In this document: piece after piece, positions 42,701 to 56,376 of the stretch | How positions within the stretch are numbered: position 1 is the stretch's first letter | Layout of the letters: every line of letters begins with the position of its first letter | Source of the DNA: Eledone cirrhosa | Taxonomy: Eukaryota | DNA length: 64,000 nt | Assembly (NCBI GenBank): GCA_964016885.1 | Contig: OZ024744.1 | Span: 16,864,001 to 16,928,000 of the forward strand | Direction of reading: 5' to 3' | The notes under the pieces: generated by a model | Databases searched by the model: none | The model's input: only the letters and a program-made list of their open reading frames with translations | What the model was told of the DNA's origin: nothing | Translations under genes and position numbers: made by a program

Positions 42701-45700
42701 TCTGTATACAGTGACTACATTGGTCGATGCTCTCCTCTAGTACTACTATAGCTGTACAGTCCTGTATATAGTGACTACATTGGTAGATGTTCTCATCTAG
42801 TACTACTGTGGCTTTACAGTTCTGTATACAGTGGCTACATTGGTAGATGTTCTCCTCTATAACTACTGAAGCTGTACAGTCCTGTATGCAGTGACTACAT
42901 TGGTAGAAGTTCTCCTCTAGTACTACTGTAAGTATACAGTCCTGTATACAGTAACTACATTGGTAGATGTTCTCCTCTAGTACTACTATAGCTATACTGT
43001 CATGTATACAGTGACTAAATTGGTAGATGCTCTCCTCAAGTACTACTGTAGCTGTACATTCCTGTATAAAGTGAGTACATTGGTAGATGTTCTCCTCTAG
43101 CACTACTGTAGCTGTACAGTCCTGTATACAGTGAGTACATAGGTAGATGCACTCCTCTAGTACTACTGTAGCTCTACAGTCCTGTATACAATGACTACAT
43201 TGATAGATGTTCTCCTCTAGTACTACTGTATCTGTACAGTCCTGTATACAGTGACTACATTGGTAGATGTTCTCCTCTAGTACTACTGTAGCTGTACAGT
43301 CCTGTATACAGTGACTACATTGGTAGATGCTCTCCTCTAGTACTACTGTAGCTGTACAGTCCTGTATACAGTGACTACATTGGTAGATGTTCTCCTCTAG
43401 TACTACTGTAACTGTACAGTCCTGTATACAGTGACTACATTGGTAGATGTTCTCCTCTAGTACAACAGTGGCTGTAGAGTCCTGTATACAGTGACTACAT
43501 TGGTAGATGTTCCCCTCTAGTACTACTGTAGCTGTACAGTCCTGTATACAGTAACTACATTGGTAGATGCTCCCCTCTAGTACTATAGTAGCTGTACAGA
43601 TTGTGTATACAGTGACTACATTGGTAGATGCTCTCCTCTTGTACTACTGCAGCTGTACCGTCCTGTATACAGTGACTACATTGGTAGATGTTCCCCTCTA
43701 GTACTACTGTAGCTGTACAGTCCTGTATACAGTGACTACATTGGTAGATGTTATCCTCTAGTACTACTGTAACTGTTCACTTCTGTATACAGTGACTACA
43801 TTGGTAGATGCTCTCCTCTAGTACTACTATAGCTGTATAGTCCTGTATATAGTGACTGCATTGGTAGATGTTCTCATCTAGTACTACTGTGGCTTTACAG
43901 TTCTGTATACAGTGGCTACATTGGTAGATGTTCTCCTCTATAACTACTGAAGCTCTACAGTCCTGTATGCAGTGACTACATTGGTAGAAGTTCTCCGCTA
44001 GTACTACTTTAAGTATACAGTCCTGTATACAGTAACTACATTGGTAGATGTTCTCCTCTAGTACTACTGTAGCTGTACAGTCCTGTATACAGTGACTACA
44101 TTGGTAGATGTTCTCCTCTAGTACTACTGTAGCTGTACAGTCCTGTATACAGTGAGTACATTGGTAGATGCACTCCTCTAGTACTACTGTAGCTCTACAG
44201 TCCTGTATACAATGACTACATTGATAGATGTTCTCCTCTAGTACTACTGTATCTGTACAGTCCTGTATACAGTGACTACATTGGTAGATGTTCTCCTCTA
44301 GTACTACTGTAGCTGTACAGTCCTGTATACAGTGACTACATTGTTAGATGTTCTCCTCTAGTACTACTGTATCTGTACAGTCCTGTATACAGTGACTACA
44401 TTAGTAGATTTTCTCCTCTAGTACTACTGTAGCTGTACAGTCCCGTATACAGTGACTACATTGTTAGATGTTCTCCTCTAGTACTACTGTAACTGTACAG
44501 TCCTGTATACAGTGACTACATTGGTAGATGTTCTTCTCTAGTACAACAGTGGCTGTAGAGTCCTGTATACAGTGACTACATTGGTAGATGCTCTCCTCTT
44601 GTACTACTGCAGCTGTACCGTCCTGTATACAGTGACTACATTGGTAGATGTTCTCCTCTAGTACTACTGTATCTCTACAGTCTAGTATACAGTGACTACA
44701 TTGGTCGATGTTCTCCTGTAGTACTACTGCAGCTGTACAGTCCTGTATACAGTGACTACATTGGTAGATGTTCTCCTCTAGTACTAGTGTAGCTGTATAG
44801 TCCTGTATACAGTGATTACATTGGTAGATGTTCTCCTCTAGAACTACTGTAGCTGTACAGTCCTGGATATAGTGACTACATTGTTAGATGCTCTACTTTA
44901 GTACTACTATAGCTGTACAGTCCTGTATACAGTGACTACATTGGTAGATGTTCTCCTCTAGTACTACTGCAGTTGTACAGTCCTGTATACAGTGACTACA
45001 TTGGTAGATGTTCTCCTCTAGTACTACTGTATCTCTACAGTCTAGTATACAGTGACTACATTGGTCGATGTTCTCCTGTAGTACTACTGCAGCTGTACAG
45101 TCCTGTATACAGTGACTATATTGGTAGATGTTCTCCTCTAGTACTACTCTAGCTGCACAGTCCTGTATAGAGTGACTACATTGGTAGATGCTCTCCTCTA
45201 GTACTACTGTAGCTGTACAGTCCTGTATACAGTGTCTATATTGGTAGATGTTTCCCTCTAGTACTACTGTAGCTCTACAGTCCTGTACACAGTGACTACA
45301 TTGGTAGATGCTCTCCTCTAGAACTACTGTAGCTGTACAGTCCTGTATACAGTGACTACATTGGTAGATGTTCTCCTCTAGAACTACTGTAGCTGTATAG
45401 TCCTGTATACAGTGATTACATTGGTAGATGTTCTCCTCTAGAACTACTGTAGCTGTACAGTCCTGGATATAGTGACTACATTGTTAGATGCTCTACTTTA
45501 GTACTACTATAGCTGTACAGTCCTGTATACAGTGACTACATTGGTAGATGTTCTCCTCTTGTACAACAGTGTCTGTACAGTCCTGTATACAGTGACTACA
45601 TTGGTAGATGTTCTCCTCTAGTACTAGTGTAGCTGTATAGTCCTGTATACAGTGATTACATTGGTAGATGTTCTCCTCTAGAACTACTGTAGCTGTACAG

Positions 45701-47828
45701 TCCTGGATATAGTGACTACATTGTTAGATGCTCTACTTTAGTACTACTATAGCTGTACAGTCCTGTATACAGTGACTACATTGGTAGATGTTCTCCTCTA
45801 GTACTACTGCAGTTGTAGAGTCCTGTATACAGTGACTACATTGGTAGATGTTCTCCTCTAGTACTACTGTAAGTGTACAGTCCTGTATACAGTGACTACA
45901 TTGGTCGATGTTCTCCTCTAGTACTACTGCAGCTGTACAGTCCTGTATACAGTGACTACATTGGTAGATGTTCTCCTCTAGTACTACTCTAGCTGCACAG
46001 TCCTGTATAGAGTGACTACATTGGTAGATGCTCTCCTCTAGTACTACTGTAGCTGTACAGTCCTGTATACAGTGTCTATATTGGTAGATGTTTCCCTCTA
46101 GTACTACTGTAGCTCTACAGTCCTGTACACAGTGACTACATTGGTAGATGCTCTCCTCTAGAACTACTGTAGCTGTACAGTCCTGTATACAGTGACTACA
46201 TTGGTAGATGCTCTCCTCTAGTACTACTGTAGCTGTACAGTCCTGTATACAGCAACTACATTGGTAGATGCACTCCTCTAGTGCTACAGTAACTGTACAG
46301 TTCTGTATAGAGTGAGTACGTTGGTAGTTGTTCCCCTCTATTACTACTGTAGCTGTACAATCTTGTATACAGTGACTACATTGGTAGATGTTCCCCTCTA
46401 GGGCTACTGTAGCTGTATAGTCCTGTATACAGTGAAACAGTGGTAGATGCTCTCCTCTAGTACTACATGAAGCTGTACAGTCGTGTTAACTGTGACTACA
46501 TTGGTAGAATCTCTCCTCTAGTATTAGTGTAGCTGTACAGTCCTGTATAGAGTGACTACATTGGTAGATACACTCCTCCAGTACTACTGTAGCTGTACAG
46601 TCATGTATACAGCAACTACATTGGTAGATGTTCTCCTCTAGTACTACTGCAGCTGTACAGTCCTGTATACAGTGACTACATTGGTAGATGCTCACCTCTA
46701 GTACTACAGTAGCTGTACAGTCCTGTATACAGTGACTACATTGGTAGATGTTCTCCTCTAGTACTACTGTAGCTGTACAGTCCTGTTTACAGTGACTACA
46801 TTGGTAGATGCTCTCCTCTAGTACTACTGTAGCTGTACAGTCCTGTATACAGTGACTACATTGGAAGATGTACTCCTCTAGTACAACAGTGGCTGTAGAG
46901 TCCTGTATACAGTGACTACATTGTTAGATGTTCTCCTCTAGGACTACTGTAGCTGTATAGTCCTGTTTACAGTGACTACATTGGTAGATGCTCTCCTCTA
47001 GTACTACTGTAGCTGTACAGTCCTGTATACAGTGACTACATTGGAAGATGTTCTCCTCTAGTACTACTATAACTGTACAGTCCTGTATACAGTGACTACA
47101 TTGGTAGATGTACTCCTCTAGTACAACAGTGGCTGTAGAGTCCTGTATACAGTGACTACATTGTTAGATGTTCTCCTCTAGGACTACTGTAGCTGTATAG
47201 TCCTGTATACAGTGACTACATTGGTAGATGTTCTTCTCTAGAACTACTGTATCTCTACAGTCCTGTATACAGTGACTACATTGGTAGATGTTCTCCTCTA
47301 GTACTACTGCAGCTCTACAGTCCTGTATACAGTGACTACATTGGTAGATGTTCCCCTCTAGTACTACTGTATCTGTACAGTCCTGTATACACTGACTACA
47401 TTGGTAGATGCTCTCCACTAGAACTACTCTGGCTGTACAGTCCTGTATACAGCGACTACTATGTAAGATGTTATCCTCTCGTACTACTGTGTTTGTACAG
47501 ACCTACACAGGAGTGGCAGTGACTACATTGGTAGATGATCTCCTCTGGTACTATTGTGACTGTACAGTCCTACACAGGAGTGGCAGTCCTGTATATATTG
47601 AATACATTGGTAGATCTTTTCTTCTAGTACTACTGCAGCTGTACACTCCGGTATATAGTGACTACATTGGTAGATGTCCTCCTACAGTACTACTGCAGCC
47701 GTACAGTCCTGTATACAGTGACTATATTGGTAGATGTTCTCCTCTGGTTCTTCTGTGACTGTACAGTGCTACACAGGAGTAGCAGTCTTGTATACAGTGA
47801 CTACATTTGTATAAGCTCTCCTCTGGTG
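6798..47828. repeat. 60-bp tandem satellite, main array (about 680 monomers)
   Basis: Uninterrupted same-orientation tandem of the same consensus, resuming in register after the TSD and degenerating over the last ~450 bp. Confidence 0.98.
13141..32620. repeat. Higher-order repeat core: 87-mer (5220 bp) x3, with an internal 22-mer (1320 bp) and a 38-mer (2280 bp) duplication
   Basis: Diagnostic variants recur at fixed offsets: GAAATAGAGG at 14871/21411/26631; TCCATGAAGC at 16941/23481/28701/30981; 59-bp TGTAGTGTAC unit at 13141/18361/24901. Confidence 0.85.
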
Positions 47829-47834
47829 CTCTGT

Positions 47835-48000
47835 TTTATTAATTTTTCGAGCACGCTTTTGCTCGTGCGCATGTTTCAGTTGCTCTATCCCTCACTCCTT
47901 CCCCTTGCGTAGAACTCGTAGCCATCGCTGGCAATCATTAGCGAACTCCTCCCATCTCTGGGTGGCCAGATCTATTGACTTCATATCCCTCCTGCAGCGC
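47835..48000 (-). mobile_element. RTE-clade LINE ORF C-terminal fragment
   Basis: Minus-strand translation RCRRDMKSIDLATQRWEEFANDCQRWLRVLRKGKE*GIEQLKHAHEQKRARK resembles the RTE C-terminal KRDMK...WEELA.DR..WR...EKRARRK motif. One stop. Confidence 0.7.
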
Positions 48001-48015
48001 CCTTATTATCATATT

Positions 48016-48064
<49 letters not shown>

Positions 48065-48066
<2 letters not shown>

Positions 48067-48286
48067 TGGCTGCCAACTCGTTTTCGAGTACGGCCACTAC
48101 TTTATATCCATGTAGGAGAACCCCTACCGATGCGCTGAACGAGTGTGACATTTTAGTCCAGCCAGCGACTTGAAAACTCTGGTACAAACACTACACCTGT
48201 GACAATTATTGACACATAGTGCTGGGCCCATGGTACCATGTGACGACAAGTGCAGAGAGATCTCCAGATATAAAGCAATGCCTGTG
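48065..48286 (-). mobile_element. LINE (RTE-like) 3' end: terminal C2H2 finger, short 3' UTR stem-loop, (TA)n tail
   Basis: [23 protein letters not shown] (stop at 48124), then GCCGT-ACTCG-AAAA-CGAGT-TGGC hairpin and direct entry into (TA)n at 48064. Confidence 0.6.
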
Positions 48287-48431
48287 CATATATATATACA
48301 TATACATACATACATATAAATATATATATACACATATATATACATACATACACACATACATGCATACATATACACACACATATATATACATATATATATA
48401 TATATATAAATATATATATATACATACACAT

Positions 48432-48504
<73 letters not shown>

Positions 48505-48549
48505 CATATATATATACATATATATATATATATACACATATATATATAC
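48287..48549. repeat. Compound (TA)n/(CA)n microsatellite
   Basis: Directly visible dinucleotide runs. Confidence 0.95.
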
Positions 48550-49111
48550 GGAATCACCTATATAACTCACCCACAACCACACCCAAAAAATGTTTTTTCT
48601 CCCACACGCTACCTACACCCACAACGCGCTTGAACCCCCCACACACGTGCTTTCCACCACCTATTTACACCCTCAGTCTCCTGATTCCTCTCCCCCCACC
48701 CCTCTATCCACACATGCACAGACACTCCGACCTACAACCCACCCATCCACACCTCTTCCTGAACATGCAACCCCGTTCTTCCCCCAACCCTTACTTTCAC
48801 ATACACACACACACACACCTACACAAACACACACCACCTTCATCGCTCCCCGCTCGGACACCCCGTCTCCCTCTCCCCACTCCACCCGCCACCACCCCTA
48901 CACACCCCACACCCTTCCACCACCTGTTTTACCCCTTTTTAATGTCAGTTTATTTTGATCATGCTTTTATATTTATTTTTATTTCATTCCTTTTATTTTG
49001 ATCATGCTTTATTTTTATTTTTATTTTTAATTTCATTCGCACTGTTTCCTTTCGCTATATGTCTCTCCACCACTCCCCTACACACCCTTTGAACTCTGTT
49101 CCCAAAAAAGT

Positions 49112-49150
49112 TCTCACCTGAGGAAGGGCTTATGCCCGAAACGTCGTTCC
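49112..49150 (+). ncRNA. Hammerhead-like motif, Penelope pLTR type, stem I not evident
   Basis: CTGAGGA-A-GGGC-TTAT-GCCC-GAAA-CGTCG-TT: core and stem II good, flanks do not pair. AATAAA and (TA)n follow. Confidence 0.5.
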
Positions 49151-49236
49151 CCACCACCACCCCACTCTCCAGAGCGTGAAATTAATAAACATTCGTTGTA
49201 CTGCCTCTCTGTTTTGTTCCTGTTCAAATTTTTCCA

Positions 49237-50497
<1,261 letters not shown>

Positions 50498-50503
<6 letters not shown>

Positions 50504-50786
50504 TTTTAGTCTCATTCATTCTCAGCCCCACACACATCGACGCAGTCTCAACCTCCCGCATCAAATCCTCTGCCTCCTTCACTGTATTTGTCACCAAAAC
50601 TATGTCGTCGGCAAATTCAGCATCCGATACCTTTTTCGCCCTAACTCTCCTGCTCTGAGCCGATGCTACAGTAAAGCCAGGGTCCTGGTGTTTCTCCAGT
50701 GCAAGGCGCATACCATAGTCCACTACGATGATAAAAAGGTAGGGAGCCAATGTTTCTCCCTGGAGCACTCCAGCCAGTATCTCAAT
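50498..50786 (-). pseudogene. Non-LTR (RTE-group) reverse transcriptase fragment, inverted segment
   Basis: IEILAGVLQGETLAPYLFIIVVDY...EFADDIVL...[11 protein letters not shown] contains the RT QG and (F/Y)ADD motifs. Confidence 0.88.
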
Positions 50787-50791
50787 GGTGG

Positions 50792-51172
50792 ATGGTGGAT
50801 GGGTGCTACACGAGATGGTGGATGGGTGCTACACGAGAATGCTGAGGATGGCTCTGAACATTAATCAGTATACACTGAGGATGAAAAACTCAGAGCTGTA
50901 TGGGAGCATCCCAAAAGTCAGCTCAAAAGTGACACAGAGGAGACTGAGGTTGGCTGGACGTGCTCACCGACATCCAGAGTTGACATTGCACTCAGTGCTC
51001 CTTTGGGAGCCCCTACATGGACACAGTAGAAGAGGAAGACCAAGGTTAACGTATGTTGATGCCCTAAGGACAGACACAGGTCTGTTGGAGATGCAGGACA
51101 TGGCAGCGATAATGAGGGACAGAGACCGCTGGAGAGAACTCGTCCATGGATCTCGGGAATTTTACCCGCCTT

Positions 51173-51174
<2 letters not shown>
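50792..51174 (+). pseudogene. Non-LTR (RTE-group) ORF C-terminus followed by (TA)n
   Basis: DGCYTRMLRMALNI...RRLRLAG...[18 protein letters not shown]...DRDRWR, the typical RTE-group C-terminus. The stop runs into (TA)n. Confidence 0.85.
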
Positions 51175-51416
<242 letters not shown>

Positions 51417-51619
51417 ATATTTGGGGAGGGTCATATTTGCGTAATATTGCCAGAATTAATAACAGAACACACTCACTGTTTGGTTGGTTTTCGCTTCTCG
51501 CTGTCTTTTATATATACATATCTGCGATCTAACTTACTCGGTCCTCAATGTTGCCATTGACTGACCGGCGGTCAAAAATAATACAGATACAATATAGACA
51601 AACACATATATATATAGTT

Positions 51620-51668
51620 TACATAATTTACATAAATCTTTCGTTGCACATCTGCAACATCGTCAGTG
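51620..51668 (-). ncRNA. Hammerhead-like motif (partly degenerate)
   Basis: Minus strand CA-CTGACGA-T-GTTGCA-GATG-TGCAAC-GAAA-GATTTATGTAAATT-A-TG: 6-bp stem II, near-palindromic stem III, only 2 bp of stem I. Confidence 0.55.
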
Positions 51669-51805
51669 GTGTTATATTCATTGTTCCTCCTGTTGTGTTG
51701 TATGTCTACGCCATTTTTTTGTTCAGTCTGTCTATATATTCAGTCTGTCTATATATTCGACACACGATTTCATATAAAAAACCTCGCAAAACTAATTCAT
51801 CGCCG

Positions 51806-51806
<1 letters not shown>

Positions 51807-51844
<38 letters not shown>

Positions 51845-51873
51845 TACATATATATATATATACACACACACAC

Positions 51874-51904
<31 letters not shown>

Positions 51905-52070
51905 CATATACATAAATATATAAATATACACATACATACACACACATACATATACATACATATACAAACATACACACATATATATACACACATACATATA
52001 CATACATATATTATTATATATATACACATATACACACACATACACATACACATATATATATATATATATA
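51807..52070. repeat. Compound (TA)n/(CA)n microsatellite
   Basis: Directly visible. Confidence 0.95.
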
Positions 52071-52270
52071 TTTATTAAAATAACAGATTAAAGTTTAAGC
52101 AAAGAATCGCTGCTTTCACCCTTAACGGGATCTTCTGAAACTAACAAAGTCAATCTGTAAACGCAGAACTGGATATTTCAAAAAACGTTGCAACCGGAGG
52201 AAGACAGGGAGACGATACTTTGGTTCGTGGTAACGTTCGCTGGCTAAGAACGGGAAAAAACGAATATAAT

Positions 52271-52445
52271 TGTTTCTACTTTAGGCACAAGGCCAGCAAT
52301 TACCCAGTGCATTACTGGCACTTTATTGTATCGACCCCGTAAGGATGAAAGACAAAATCAACCTCGGCGGGATTTAAACTCAGATCGTAAAGGGACGTAA
52401 CTATCTGAGTTCAAATCCCGCCGTAACTATCTGAGTTCAAATACG
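52271..52445 (-). mobile_element. tRNA-derived SINE fragment of the abundant octopod type
   Basis: Minus strand GAGTTTAAATCCCGCCGAGG (B-box-like), then CTTTCATCCTTACGGGGTCGATACAATAAAGTGCCAGT. Recognised from memory as the common Octopus SINE core; not database-checked. Confidence 0.65.
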
Positions 52446-53134
52446 TCATTAATAGCAGCGGTGAAAAACAATTACGCGCAAAGACAGAACCACGTTTATA
52501 GTATAATAGAGGTCGTAGACTAATGTTCTCTTAGGTGGTGCATAGAGACGTTCTCTGGCGATGAACGAAAAAAACGAAGATAATACGTCATATGTGGACC
52601 GTGGAGAACAATAGCACGCAAAGACAAAACCACGTAAATGGTATACCAGAAGTCGTAGACTAAATTCTAACTAGGAGAATGAATCTCAGCTAAGGAGTTA
52701 AGAACAAAGTAAATAAATACAATACAGAAGTAATAGAAATAAATAAATACATACACGCAAACAGAAACGTACATACACAAGCATACGCAAAAACTTACCA
52801 TAGGTAAACAAAACCACGCACATATAAATATGTGTGTGTGTGTAAGCGTGTATACAAATAAATAAATAATTATATAAACGTATATAAATAAATAAATACG
52901 TATATAACAAGCGCACACACATACCTACATGTAAATACACGAATGTTCGGAGACGTAAGTCAACCAAAACATGAAGTACACATATACACACGCCCTACAT
53001 ACGTACGAGAGGTATACGTAGCTTCACAAAACATACGGATAATATATACTTACCTATGCAAATAAGTAAAGGTATAAACAAAACATATACTTAGCTCCCA
53101 CATCGAGACGTAAAATATCCACGTATAGATCGTA

Positions 53135-53315
53135 CTATCCGTTAGGGTATAACGTGGGGCTGTAATACAGGAAAGTTTTGTGCAATTTATGTTTACAACC
53201 CGAAATTGCCTCAGATTTTTTGTTTAAGATGTGGTCTGTGGCGTGGAGTATTTCCAGGGCCTCAGCGACGCAGAGGTCACATGGTCTTTTATTTCCGTTA
53301 TACGATCTAGCCCAA
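53135..53315 (-). pseudogene. Penelope-like GIY-YIG endonuclease C-terminal fragment (second family)
   Basis: [23 protein letters not shown]...LNKKSEAISGCKHK aligns by eye with AKTYSTGISHCGLCDLELLYIL...LNNKLERSIFCRHR of the ORF ending at 56376. Confidence 0.75.
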
Positions 53316-53521
53316 GAATGGGTATGCATGTAAAATACGGCTACTATGGTTATGTGAGTATCTCTTACCTATCTGCATTTTCTGCCTGTAGAGCTGTTTT
53401 TATGTGCCTGTGTATATGCGTATATTTATTGAGTACTTATTTATTTGTTAGTGTACATATTTGTGTGTATGTATGTATATGTATGTGTATGTATATGTAT
53501 GTGTATGTGTGCACATATGTA

Positions 53522-53624
<103 letters not shown>

Positions 53625-53873
53625 CAGGAAAGAAGGTTTACATGGTTTGCTATACAAAAAAGTTTTTAATCATAGCAAACCATGTAAACCTTCTTTCCTG
53701 ATTTATTATTACTCAAAGTGTTTACAACATAGGAATTACAGCATACCCGCAGCATCACTATGAAAACGCCTTGTTGAGTCAAACCAAGCCAAGCGTTAAT
53801 ATCATCCACTACCTGGAATACCATAACTGGACTTCACCTAAGTGGACTGCATTTAACTATTATTTGTTAATCC

Positions 53874-53874
<1 letters not shown>

Positions 53875-53919
<45 letters not shown>

Positions 53920-53944
53920 AGGTATATGTGTATGTATGTGCATG

Positions 53945-53979
<35 letters not shown>

Positions 53980-54128
53980 ATGTATGTGTGTATGTGTTTG
54001 TGTATATATGTGTGTATGCAGGTATGTATGTGTATATGTGTATCTATATGTATGTGTATGTATATATATATATGTATATATATGTATGTATGTGTGTATA
54101 TATATGCATATATATATATATATATATA

Positions 54129-54189
<61 letters not shown>

Positions 54190-54280
54190 ATATGTATATA
54201 TATATATATATATCTATGTGTATATATATATATATATGTGTATATATGTGTTTGTGTGTATATATATATATGTATATATT
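53875..54280. repeat. Compound (TA)n/(TG)n microsatellite between pLTR and ORF
   Basis: Directly visible. Confidence 0.95.
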
Positions 54281-56376
54281 AAATACGTTACTAAAAAAAC
54301 TAAAAGACACTAACGGTATCATAGTAAAATCAGACAAAACATCAAACGTATACTCTATGGACATTAACACATACAATAGCTTTATCCAGCGTGACTACAT
54401 AAAAAATATAAAAAAACAAATGAATCTACACTCACCAGCATTAACATGGAGGGCCTCAATATAGTTAATAAACTCGGAATTCCAGATAGGACCGAACCGC
54501 CCACCCCGTGCAACCCAACATTTAACCTGAAGGATCACAAAAATAACTTTGAAACTAATCCCACCATTAGATTAATATGCCCATCCAAGTCAGACATAGG
54601 TAAAATTAGCAAGAACATTCTAAATAGGGTAATCGCACAAATAAAGGGTAAACTAGAAATCAATTTATGGGGCAACACTAACGAGGCAATTAAATGGTTC
54701 AATAAAATACAAAATAGGGAGACGTGTAACTTCATACAATTTGATATAGACGACTACTATGCATCCATATCCCCAGCTCCCTAGATAAGGCGCTTATATT
54801 TGCCCAAAATAACTCTGATCTTACCTATGATGAAATTGAAATAATAATAGCGGCTAGAAGGACTATCATAAAATTTGAAAATAGCTACTGGGTAAGAAAG
54901 GATAGAATAAATAGCTTCGATATAACAATGGGATCAAATGATTCTGCGCAAATCACAGATATCGTGGGGCTATTCATAGCACACAACCTACATAAGGAAT
55001 TTAGTAACCTCCAAGGAGGAATTTATAGGGACGACACGTTACTTATAGCTAGGAACCTAAACAACCAGAGCATGGAAAGACTAAGAAAAAATATTAGAAT
55101 ATTCTTAAAAAAACTAGGCCTAAGTATTACATACGAACTAAACCATAAGAAGGTAAATTTTCTAGATGTAACTCTAAATCTAAATACTGGATTAATAGAA
55201 CCTTTCCACAAAAATAATGAAAATCTTGCCTACATTAGTTACAACTCAAATCACCCCAAATCCATAATTAGATCCATAGCACGTAGTATATCCTTCCGAA
55301 TATCCCGCTTATCCTCAAACCTAGAAATCTTTAACGAGCATGCTGACTATTATAATGCAGCATTACGTAGGGCCGGTCATAAAGATAAACTGCAGTATAT
55401 AGTGAATAAGGACAATGTAAACAATCCTAATAATTACTACTCCAACCGCTCACATAATAATAGAAATAACTTAACTAGACATAAGGTTAGACACGTAACA
55501 CCTGGAGTAAACGGCCAAAACACTAATAACGTAAACCCAAGAAACAATAGAAGAAACAGACAAAGAAAATACCTATGGTTCAACCCAATATTCAACTCTT
55601 CTATAAAAACTAGACTGCCCTCTACATTCTTTAAACTAATAGATAAACACTTCCCTATCTCGCATAGATATCACAAAATACTCAATAGATCTACTATAAA
55701 GCTCTCATACTCAACAGCAGCTAACATAGAATCACACATACGCAAGATCAACCACAGAAATATCTCTAGTAAATCAACTGTACCTATACATAACGTAGCA
55801 CCAAATTATAAGCACAAACACATCACAACATCACAACCACAAGCGCATACAAACGCGCAGCAGCAAAACCCCATTGGGCATATATCACAACCCACTTATA
55901 ACAGAGTACTAAACAGGAATGTAAAAGCTGCACAAAATAGCGCCTCAAACTGTAACTGTCACCTACCAGATAGGTGCCCATTGGCGAACAGATGTCTCAA
56001 TTCGAGCCTAGTGTACATGTGCACGGTCATCTCGGGTAACTCCACCTGGAATTACATAGGATCCACCGCGGGTTCTTTTAAAAAAAGATGGTATGTGCAC
56101 AGACACTCAATGAAAAACCGTGCACTTATGGGTTCCACAACCCTCACCAAAAAAATATGGGAACTGAAGGACAGCACCACTAACTACAGTATCAACTGGT
56201 CGAAGTTGTCGGCTGCTAAAACCTATAGTACAGGGATATCCCACTGTGGGCTATGTGATCTTGAGCTATTGTATATCCTCAAAAATGTAAAAAGGCTACT
56301 TAACAATAAGTTAGAAAGATCTATCTTCTGCAGACATAGAATTGCCACTAAATTCATAAGATTCAAACCTCCGTGA
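54281..56376 (+). pseudogene. PLE RT + GIY-YIG ORF, 5'-truncated, two frameshifts
   Basis: [57 protein letters not shown]-x5-CPL-x3-C, LVY...YIGST..FKKRW..H, CGLC, CRH. Frame changes near 54405-54420 and 54778-54784. Confidence 0.9.

Noticed and set aside
1-47828. CRISPR array suggested by the regular 60-bp period
   Set aside because: The whole unit repeats; there are no unique spacers or cas genes, and the context is eukaryotic.
48550-49001. Pro/His/Thr-rich ORFs
   Set aside because: C/A-rich low-complexity sequence, probably a retroelement UTR; no domain recognised.
52100-52140. Minus-strand hammerhead-like CAGAAGA-T-CCC-GTTAA-GGG-T-GAAA
   Set aside because: Core altered, no UH cleavage triplet and no adjacent stem I. 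It may be a relic of the minus-strand PLE but cannot be supported.
52475-52666. Imperfect ~55-bp direct repeat at ~140-bp spacing
   Set aside because: Only two diverged copies in a probable retroelement UTR; no further structure.
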